DNA of 64,000 nucleotides from Daphnia carinata (Eukaryota), in NCBI RefSeq assembly GCF_022539665.2, contig NC_081332.1:5828001-5892000 (forward strand), read 5' to 3'. The notes beneath the pieces are model-generated. The model did no database searches and was not told the origin of the DNA. It saw only the letters and a list, made by a program, of their open reading frames with translations. Shown one piece after another: positions 52,928-64,000 of this stretch. Made by a program: the position numbers and the translations under genes. Numbering within the stretch: position 1 is the first letter of the stretch; every line of letters starts with the position of its first letter.

Positions 52928-55420
52928 TTTTCAATTGTTCCTCCAGCCACGCGTTGTTCTCCAGCCACGCTACTCAATTAACTGCTAATGGGATACAATT
53001 AACTGAAATTGCTTACATGCCTGTAATAACGAAACCGACTGATAGATGGCTACGGGTAGAAAAAAGAGAAAAAAGTGCGATTTTTTTTTTTCCGCCATTT
53101 TTTTTTTTTTTATGTAAAACGGATTGCCATAAATATAGCCTTCTTACTTTTTCATTTTTGGCCAAATTTCAAATTTGGCTTAAAATACATGATTTCGATG
53201 CAGAATGGAATGCTTATCACGAATATAAAGTTTATTTTTCAATTGGCCTTGTAGTTTTTGAATTAAGCGAAAGAAACAGAAGGCCGGGCTTATTTTTAGT
53301 ATCATTTAATCTAGATAACTATATATAATTCCGATTCAAAATTTTACGAGGAACACGATAATGAAATTTGTTTTTACATAGAGTTTATAGTTTTTGAATA
53401 ATGAAAGAAGTTTGATGTGTCATGTTAGCGCTGTAGCATACTGGCGCGCTAGTAATGGTTTCGATTCGACCCTAATTTTATATTTTAGGTTGCTCAAAAA
53501 CTATGAACGCCACATAAAAACAACTTCCATTTTCGGGAGTTCCTTGGTTAATGAAGGTTATGAACTATAGTTCAGGGAAATTTGCGATTTTTGACGATTT
53601 TCGGGTATTTTCTACTGACACATGGATTCGACCCCAAATTTCACGAGGATTACGAAAATATGGGTCTTTTTTCATTCAGACCAACAGATAGTGAGTTATT
53701 AGACATTTTCAAATCGGAAGTTATACTGAAAGTTAAAACTTCGAAAATTTAAAAAATGAACTATGTTCTCCTTTACAAGTTACAAAAGATCTGCGTAGTT
53801 TCAAACGTAAACTATAGTAAATTAACATAACATGGTCTTTCAAAGTTCTTAAAGTTCAGTTTTAAGGTACGACCTGTATACCACTTCAAAGCACTACTAC
53901 ACACATAATAATCGACGCAAATGTTTCAAAACCATCCCCTTAATTTGATAGCCATCAGAATTAAGGTGATAGTGGAACAGATATGGTTATTACCGGAAAA
54001 AGTAAACGGGAGATCCCATTCTTGCGGAATATTGATAGCAAATAGCACATCTTGTTAGAATTTCTTGAAGGTCCAACAAAAAAATCTTTTGTTACAGACT
54101 GTGAATATTTTGTTGCATTGGCAAATGACTGCTATCATGTAGTTTTTGCAGTAACACGCAGGCATGACATCTGCATTTAAATCCATAAATAAGTTACAAT
54201 TGATTCGCAAAGTAATAAAATCATGCAACAAACTATGATATGTGCAGAGTACACAACAGAACACATCTGTTACTTTTAACTCCACTACTGGATATGTTTA
54301 CTAATAAAGCAGAATAAGATTAACATGTTGCAAATGTAAAAGTAGTAATTAATCATCTTAATAATCCTGAAAATTGGCTTTTGGTTGTAAAACACAAAAA
54401 CCATCAATTTTCACCAAATATCATGCACAGTTCTGCTTGTAACACTGGCTTTACCCAGAATGATACAACATGAGACCTGGTTTTCCAAAAGTATGTTAAT
54501 ATTACCTCATCCTAAGCCCAAGTGCAACAGCTGACATTTCGTTTACGTAACGACGCAGTGCAATATTTGCACATGGATAATAGCGATGGAGGTAAAAACA
54601 ACAACAAAAAACAGAAATAAAGATACCGTTCAGACGAGAGAAACTCAAATACACGTTGTCAACGTAAAAACAAAGTAAACAATGAGAATCACATGACAAC
54701 AAAAAGTAATAATAGTTCGATTTCAGACGCCAGAGGCTGTTGAATCTGTATCGCCATCTAGTGGGAATACAGCTTGGACAGGTTTTTAAAGATAAGCCCG
54801 ACAAAATAAGCTCGACAAAATAAGCCCGAAAAAATAAGCTCGACAAAGCAAGCCCGACTTTTCTTATTATTTTTATTTCTTCCAATAATATGTGGTATAT
54901 CTTCATGCTATGACCTATATTTACCAGGTATACCTTCCAATTAGCGTGATACAGGTAAATAAAAATAGGTAAATGCAAAACTAATAGGCCAGTTTGAATC
55001 AGCGTTCGATTTTGAGCCTAATGTGTGTTTTTTTTATTGAATGATTCCGAGAAAATTGTGTTTTTGTTTTTATTATATCAACCGTTTTTGGAAATACACC
55101 GAATATTTGTGCTTCATAGCGCTAGCGCTGTAGTGTACTGGCGCGCTAGTATCTTACTGGTTTTTACGTTAAGCAGTATTTGGCTTTTATCCACAGGTTA
55201 CCCCCCGTATCATCAACCAACCGGGGCCGAGTCCCAACTGTTCCTCATAAAAGCCAAAAGTACGATGTCATAACTTTTCCAATTTCAAATACTGCAACTT
55301 GGTACAATATCTATTTAGGGACAGAAAAACTATTGTCGGCAAACATGAAAGATAAAAGCAGTCTCATCGTCCTAAAACACCTTGGTCTGTCGTGGAAAAT
55401 AGGTCAACAAAATTCACATT

Positions 55421-56541
55421 TCAGTCAAAGCAGTCAAATAACTGAGAGTAATTCTTTTCGGCAAACACGTTGAGAAAATGCATAGTATCCATAGGTTTCA
55501 TCGAACCATCATAGTCACTGGGTAGACAAGCAGGATCCACGTGTTGGTGCAGAGCTGCAAAGCATCGGCCGTGAAAGAATAACTGCAAACAGCTTACACA
55601 AAGAAAGTAAGCGATTTTTACAAACAAAGCACTTAAAAATTCAACTAACAGACCCGGCTGCGAATTTTGTTTGACAGGAAAGGCCAAAATATAGCCACTA
55701 GGATTTTTATAATCCGAGGTTCATGGACGATATGTATTCCTTGCAATCGAATAGGAAATACATCCTGTAGTAGAGGGGAAAAAACAACAATCAGTTAGTC
55801 CACCAAAGAATATTTTGTACCTTGGTGTAAGATAAATTTTACCTGTACGATGTCCGTAATTTTCTTTATCAAATTTGGCGTAAATTGCCCCACATGATGA
55901 AGTGTAAAATCTTTGACATCAATGATGGCCACTATGCCGTTAGTCTGCGTTTCCACTTCACAAACCAGCCTCTGCAAGCAGAATACTCCACATCGTATCA
56001 TGTCTTCCAAACTGCAAGTTGTGAGATCCCAATTGCCTTTAAAGAATATCAAATCCGAACCTTTAAATGCTATAAAATAGACGAAACGTGAATTTTGCCA
56101 TTACGTAGGTTTAATATCAACACTCGACGTCCATTTTGCTCGCGGCGTGGTGAGCTAAGAACATGGCCCTTGTCTAGCACGTGTTTTACGCGTAATGGGT
56201 GCAAGTTTTTAAGGTCTGGGTAATTTTTTGTCATTCTCAGGTAATGATTCAACTTTTAACAGATGGAATGTTAACAGTATAAAATGTCAATACAACATCA
56301 AGTCATCTTAAAACTTTACCAATTTCATTGCTCGATGTACGTCGTATTTGCGTGCATGGATGAAACACATTAGCACTTCATCACTCAAGGCAAGATCGAT
56401 GTCGGATTCTGTTAAAACAAAGTAGACCAGTTGACTATGTGATAAAGGTGAAATGGCATTACTGTTACCTTTGATGAGTCCCCGCAATGTTGGTAAAAGT
56501 TCTTTACTACGCTGGATTTGAGACCTCATATTACTGTTCAT
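55421..56541 (-). CDS. CRAL-TRIO/Sec14 lipid-transfer protein (alpha-tocopherol transfer protein/clavesin-like), copy A, ~258 aa, exons 56541-56469, 56408-56320, 56252-56105, 56036-55843, 55764-55654, 55582-55421
   Basis: Motifs LSDEVLMCFIHARKYDVHRAMKL (CRAL-TRIO_N), ETQTNGIVAIIDVKDFTLHH, DVFPIRLQGIHIVHEP, PFLSNKIRSR and LHQHVDPACLPSDYDG. Six GT-AG-bounded exons sum to 777 nt in frame. The start codon choice is an inference. Confidence 0.9.
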
Positions 56542-57704
56542 TTTTCCGTTGCTGACCAGTTGCCAAACTGTGGTTCTCAACACAGAGCGACTAAATTTTC
56601 AGTTGAAAATGGTTAATGTGCTCTAACGGTCCACAAAGCGACTTGTTCACAGTCACAAGCACAACTAGCCTGTGCTATCTGAATTTCCGACTCGGTATAG
56701 GCCTACTTATAGACCATTGTCATTTAGAAAATGGTCAGGCAGGTCAAGGACGAAAGTGTTTCTCTGTGGGAAAAACTAGGTCAAATATGTTTTTACTTCA
56801 CTTGAAACCGTAGAAAATACTGGGGGATCGTAGTGGATAACAAGGCCTATACATCGATGAAGCATGGTCTATTTGCAGACTAAGACAATTGTTGGAAATC
56901 ACTTTTAGCTGTTTTCTATAAAGCCAATATATATGGTGTCTTGTTTTCCTTACATTCCCACTTATGTACAAGGAAATACCGATCTCCGTTTTGCCCATAA
57001 ACATATACATCTGGTCTTCTCAAAACTAATTATTTTTAGCCACATACGTTATACACAGTAATTACGTTAAATAAAGCACTTAAAGCTGATAAAGAAACCT
57101 TGGTAATTAATGTTTGATAAGGCTTTATGTAATAAAGGAAATAACGTACATATTACCGGCCTAACACAATCACCAAGGTTCCAAATAAGGGCATAATGAT
57201 GCCGGGATAACTTTATTGTTATAACTGTATCCAGCATCCACATCAATTGGATAGAAAACATTGCCTTTCCAGCAAACCAGTTGATTAATCTGCATTCATA
57301 GAAATTCACAATATTATTATGCATACCAATCAGAGCTACAACTAGTAAAGTACTTACAACTAGTAATACCTTATCAGCCATTAGTAAAAGATAAGAGATT
57401 TTTTTATTGAGCTGCGAGAATTTTCCTTTAAATCCGCATCTTAGGGCTGGTCCATTTAAGCTCCAGTTTTGCATAGAAATTATTAGCTCGCGAAAAGCCC
57501 GTGCATTAAATACTGCCATTATATTGTATATGCGCGTAGCACAAAATGAAACCACAAATAAAAAGCTATCGACATAGAACAAACATGAAGTAAACGACAT
57601 GGCCACAGAAAAAAAACGTGCGAAAGGCCTGAAACTGTATGGGCTTTGACTTGGCATAATAGAAAAATATTACAAAATTTTCGCGTTCTAAACATGCTTG
57701 ATTT

Positions 57705-58830
57705 TTAGTTAAAACAATCGAATATTTTTGGGTACTCACTCTCGGAGAAAACACTGGAAAAACACATGGTGTCCATCGATTTCATACAACCGTTATAGTC
57801 GCTGGGTAGACAGGCAGGATCAACGTGTTGGTGAACAGTTACGAAACATTGTCCGTGAAAGAACAGCTGTAAATGTTTCAGGTAAAGCAAACAGTATCAA
57901 TTAAATGCGCCTTCACATTTCTACATTTCTTTTAATTATAGCCATTGCAAAACAATATGTAAGTAGACTGACCCGGTTGCGAATTTTGTTCGATAAAAAA
58001 GGCCAAAATATGGCTACGAGGATTTTCATAATCCGAGGTTCATTAACAACGTGAATTCCTTGGAATCGGATAGGAAACACATCCTGTGTGGTAAAACACA
58101 ATCAGTCATTTAGTTTTACCATCTACAACAAGTATCTTTTGTTCAAACCTGAGCAATATCGGCAATTATCTTAACCCAATATGGTGTAAACTGCCTTACG
58201 TGGTTAAGTGACAAATCTTTAACGTCGAGGATAAGCACAATGCCATTAGTTTGAGTGTCGAGTTCAGATACCAGTCTCTGAAAGCAGAACACTAATGCAA
58301 GAAAAACGTCTTCCAAACTACAAATGCGGAGATCCCACTTCCCTAAGAAAAAGAAATTGTAACCTTAAACTTCACAACTGATTAAAATGACAATTTTTTA
58401 AATTACGTAAATTGATCAACAATATGCGACATCCATTTTGCTCGCGATGCGGAGAAGCAAAGAAGTGCAAATCGAGCACGTGTTTCACACGCAACGGACA
58501 TAAGTGTGCAAGTTCTGGATGTTGCTTTGTCATTCTCACATAGTTGTTCAGCTTCCAAAAAATAGAATGTTAGTATGGTAAAATTGAAATAAATACTTTT
58601 CAAGATATTACCAATTTCATCGCTCTGTGAACGTCGCCTTTACGGGCATGGATAAAGCACATTAGCAATTCATCACTCGTTGACAGATTGATGTTGGATT
58701 CTAAAAAAGAAGACTGTAAGCAGGACATAAAGATGGACACAGAGTTTTTCTTACCCTTGATGAGCACGCGGAATTTTGATATGAGCTCGTTGTCGTCGAA
58801 ATGAACACGAGATTTTGTGTTGTTATTCAT
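57705..58830 (-). CDS. CRAL-TRIO/Sec14 lipid-transfer protein (alpha-tocopherol transfer protein/clavesin-like), copy B, ~258 aa, exons 58830-58755, 58700-58612, 58551-58407, 58342-58149, 58083-57973, 57866-57705
   Basis: Motifs TSDELLMCFIHARKGDVHRAMKL, DTQTNGIVLILDVKDLSL, DVFPIRFQGIHVVNEP and HQHVDPACLPSDYNG. Intron positions and phases match copy A, and the spliced frame is intact (777 nt). Confidence 0.9.
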
Positions 58831-60959
58831 TTTCGATTGCACTTGTTACTGTCCAGCCTTCAATCTTTAGGGGAAATAAAAATCAGAAATTCAGATATGA
58901 CACAACCTGTAGACGCACTTTTCAAAAAGGCAATGACAATTTTTCATGGTTGTAATTTTCAACATGCACAGACAAGTTTAGTGTTTTCTGACCCTGTTCG
59001 TCTTATTTTAGTATGGAGAAAGGGCTAAACTAAGCTAGGGGCATGGAGGGGGAGAGTAAGGTTTCTTACGTTGAAACTTTTCGTCTCTTTCCCTAGACCA
59101 AATTCTATTCGAAGTGGAATCTTAATGACAAAGAAACTATCACTTTTGAACTTTGCGCAGCCTTTACGTTAGCAGTGGGCAGAGAAAAACTAACACCCCC
59201 CCTCCCCCCCAAAAAGAAACAAAAAAATGAAGTGGAAATCGGAGAAGGGGAGACAAAAATTAAAAATTCGAAACGCAAATGATAGTACAAGTGGCAACGC
59301 TGTTCATGGCGCTTCCGAAACTTGCCGTCAAATTTGAGTGTTGAGAAAAAAAAATTACGCTGCGTATATATTGTAGGCTCGTTTTATTCTTTTAGTTCTT
59401 TTTCAGGAACAGATACTTCACCTATCGTCCTGAGAAAAAAGCGGGCTTGAAAGCCAGAAATTCGACTAAAAATTTTTATATTGATCACCTTGATTAGCAG
59501 GAGTAGTAGGTATTAAAAATTTAAACAATGGCTTATTATGATGATGGTTTTGCCTTCAAATGTGAAAAGAAAAGTACCTAGTTGTCCACTTGCGATATTT
59601 TAGAGATGTTCGTCAATTTCAGGCTGTGGCAGCAAGTGGTCTGACTGAAACAATCTCTAATAATCGACTAATACGCAAGTGCTCTGAAAACCAGTGTGTG
59701 GTAGACAGAACTGTGATTTGAGACTTGAGCACCAACTGACCCAAATTCTGCAGTGAAGGAGCAAAAGGCCATCTTTTTAGGGTCAAGTAATGTCAAGTAA
59801 GCTGCTGTTTCACTCGACCTATTAATTTATGGGGATTACATGAAAATGCATTTATTTGTTAAGAGGCGACAAACAAAAATCAAAACTCCTGTCCACTTGA
59901 AATAAATATTATTTGTGTTTGTATCAGGTTTCCTTCCAGCTCGTTGTTATATGTTTATCATACGATTGTTAAACAGAAAATTTTGTAATCGACGTAAATT
60001 AAAGCATACAAAATAAATAGTCACGTTTTTCTTCTTATACACGCAACGCGTTCAGCAAAGACAAAAAATCAAGCTGAATAGTGCAACTTTTAAATAGATT
60101 CTTGGTATCATGACGTTCGGTCATTATCTTTGCTGATACTAACCTGTTGAACCGGGAGGATTTTTGCCGGCCACCACGATCAGTAACACATCGATGTTTG
60201 GTTGTTTGGTTTTCAGTTTATGGGTACCCATTTCCTGAATATGCAGTACATTCACGAGAATGGCCACAACGGGGAAAGGGAGGTAGAACGAGAAGTGGTA
60301 TCTAGCAACAGTTATCCATAAATGACAACCTGTTACTTAAGCAGTGATTGGCGTTCATTCGCACAATATGCAATTGTGCGTTAATCGGGAAAAGTCTTAT
60401 CCAATTATATTTTTTTACGCGGAACGACGCCCAACTGTCAAACGATTTTACCAACTTTTCAAATGAACTGTGTGTTTTGGGTTTTTCCACTGAACCCATA
60501 CTCAATGTTTCAGTTCACTTCAAATACAGATTATCTCGCTGACGGAAAGATATACATACAATACCATTGGGATAACAACATACAGTAAACTTAAAAAAAA
60601 AATTTAACTGTTCTAAAACATTACCTGTCTTTCATTGTATGCGCACGAAGGCTCAATAAGCGAATCTTGTGGGAAGTCTGGATAACGAAAACGTTTCCAT
60701 ATTGACATTGCCTGTGCGTGCAATGGCTGGTGCACCTCACATGAGATCCTGGTCTTCTAAAAAACTCAACATCTAGATTCCACTATCAGAAACGAATACT
60801 ATAAATATCTACTGTTGGTTTTGACTGACCATTATCCGTACTCTTTGGTAACAACCGCCAATGCAACTTCCACGAGATATTTTTGAAAATGTCGTCTGCA
60901 AAAAAAAAAAGAAAAGAAAAAAAAATTACTGTCAACAAGAGCTAAATTCGTCATAAACA

Positions 60960-62895
60960 ATGAACGTTGTGGAAGATACCATTGCGATTACACTTTCAGT
61001 GGTAGGTATAATATGCGACATATTATCTGGGGCCTGGTTGAAAACCCACGAATACATTTCTGACTTTTGTTCCCGGTAGATAATTTTTTTTGCTGGTGGT
61101 TGGGTGTTTTTCATGAAGCAATTGTTTAGGGACTATGAAGTTCATCATCATACTGTTCAGTTGATATTTTCAGTAACATTTGCCCTTTCATGCATAATGT
61201 TCGAACTTATAATTTTCGAAATCCTCGGAATATTGGATGCAAGGTATTTTTTTATTTTCTACAATGAAACCAAGGTTTTCTTCATCAATCTCACTATTTA
61301 TAGCTATCGTTTTATTTGCTGGAATGTGGTGCTGTATACCATGCTGGTATTTGTGATTGTCATCATACCCTTCTACATAGGATATTTTGTGCTGTCAAAT
61401 ATTCGGTTTGGTAAGTGTCACAGGTACATAATAGTTCATTCTTGTGACTAACATTCATGAAATTGATTTTGTCAGTCAAAAAAGGTCTTGTCAAAATTTT
61501 ATCACTCATGGTTTGGATTTTCTACTTATACCTATTTTGGAAAGTTGGTGATCCTTTCCCAGTAATAAGCAGCTCTAAGAGAAGCCTTCGCTTGCTTTCC
61601 ATGGAACAGGGCATCTCACGAATAGGTATTATTGGTGTAACAGTTATGGCCCTTCTTTCTGGATTTGGTGCTGTCAACTATCCATACACTTCTATGGCAG
61701 TGTTCATGAGGTAATTTTTCATGAATTTCTTTTGGCTTGTGTAATTGATACTTAATTTTCCTATTCTCATTTTAGACCGGTTACCCATACTGACATTCAG
61801 ATAGTGGAAAGGAAGTTGATGCAAACCATGGACATGATCGTTGTGAAGAAAAAACGAATCGCCCTCATGGAAAGGGATTCCCGAAGTCAAAAGAACAGAA
61901 ATACTAAGGACGCTAGCACTTCAGGAGTATGGTCTATGCTAAAAAGCGTGGCTTCTGTTGGCGTCGGCAGCTCTGAGAGTAAGTGATCATATGACGCTCC
62001 CAGGGCTATTTAATTAAATTGTGATCGTCTTCTTCCTATAACTAGACTTATCAACTCTGAAATGCGAAGTTTCAGCTCTTGAGGAGCTTAGCCGCCAACT
62101 TTTTGTAGAGGCGGTCGATCTCCACACAATGGAAGACAGGCTCGAATGGTATGTTACAAACTTAGCACTAAACACATTCTACATATTAAGTTAATGTTGT
62201 TAATTTTTAGGTCAACAACGTGGCAAGGAAAGTACTTTAATTTCCTAGGATATTTTTTCTCAATCTATTGTATGTGGAAAATTTTCATTGTAAGTATTCC
62301 TAGAAAAATTTGAGAACGGTTAATTATAATTCTATTTATATTGTCATCGGTGTGATAAATCAACAGAGTACTATCAACATAGTTTTTGATCGAGTTGGCC
62401 GTGTAGATCCTGTCACGCGCGGGCTTGAAATTGCTATTCATTGGGTTGGATTGTCAATTGATTTCAATTTTTGGTCTCAACACGTTTCCTTCTTATTGGT
62501 TGGCTGCATCGTCGTTACCTCAATTAGGGGATTACTTTTAACCCTGACAAAGTTTTTCTACGCAATCTCAAGCAGCAAATCGTCCAATGTCATAGTTTTA
62601 CTTCTGGCCCAAATTATGGTAATATTTAAAACTTATAATTTTTGTTATTAAGGGATAATTTCTTAAAATGATTTTTAAGGGAATGTACTTCGTGTCCTCG
62701 GTCTTACTCATGCGCATGAACATGCCTGCCGAGTATCGTACCATCATCACTCAAGTGCTTGGAGATCTGCAATTTTCATTTTATCACAGATGGTTTGACG
62801 TAATCTTCCTCGTCAGTGCGTTGTCATCCATTGCTTTTCTCTATCTCGCTCACAAACAAGCGCCATCAACGGACAGTAAGCTCAATAACTATTGA
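60960..62895 (+). CDS. GPR89: Golgi pH regulator (GPR89/GPHR), 9 exons: 60960-61001, 61080-61243, 61304-61410, 61476-61710, 61776-61978, 62046-62148, 62211-62289, 62367-62618, 62680-62895
   Basis: Motifs [78 protein letters not shown] and [16 protein letters not shown]...[18 protein letters not shown] are diagnostic of GPR89. Introns are GT-AG. Confidence 0.96.
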
Positions 62896-63059
62896 TGCGA
62901 AGTTTTGGATTTTGTGATTGTTCAAATAAGTGGTGCGGATTTTTTTCAAAATCGGTTCTCGTATTGCTGGATGTTTACCTTGTTTGTCATCGGTTGAGTG
63001 TGCAAGTAATATAAATATTTGTTAATATTGAATCTCCAGGTTGAATGCTGCTTTCAGTT

Positions 63060-64000
<941 letters not shown>

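Larger units (their letters stand above)
46551..54798. repeat. Large inverted duplication (~8.2 kb palindrome with indels): 46551-48017 <-> 53333-54798; ~48506-49550 <-> ~52075-53131; ~49960-50896 <-> ~51181-52050; spacer ~50900-51180
   Basis: Direct reverse-complement matches, e.g. CCTGTCCAAGCTGTATTCCCACTAGATGGCG at 46567 versus CGCCATCTAGTGGGAATACAGCTTGGACAGG ending at 54782. The same peptide appears on opposite strands in the ORF track (46539+ / 54502-; 47064+ / 54055-). Confidence 0.95.

Overview
This is eukaryotic arthropod DNA. The short 55-80 bp GT-AG introns and microsatellite-rich AT-rich spacers suggest a Daphnia-like crustacean (inference). Bases 1-43,500 contain no recognisable protein-coding exon: they form a simple-repeat-rich gene desert or giant intron, interrupted by two blocks of a modular AT-rich repeat family. 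Bases 43,700-64,000 are gene-dense and contain THOC3 (+), two tandem CRAL-TRIO/alpha-tocopherol-transfer-protein-like genes (-), GPR89/Golgi pH regulator (+) and the 3' end of GCN5/PCAF (KAT2) (-). Between THOC3 and the CRAL-TRIO pair lies an ~8.2 kb inverted duplication (46,551-54,798). Each arm carries CTCF-like motifs, a disabled multi-exon gene and a near-identical GC-rich, strongly structured ~380 nt segment that I cannot assign to a known RNA family (TATA upstream, possible pseudoknot, T-run end). Three tRNA-like A/B-box cassettes sit at the centre of the palindrome. This palindrome system is the most unusual thing in the window. Nearly all other ORFs in the provided track are low-complexity artefacts.
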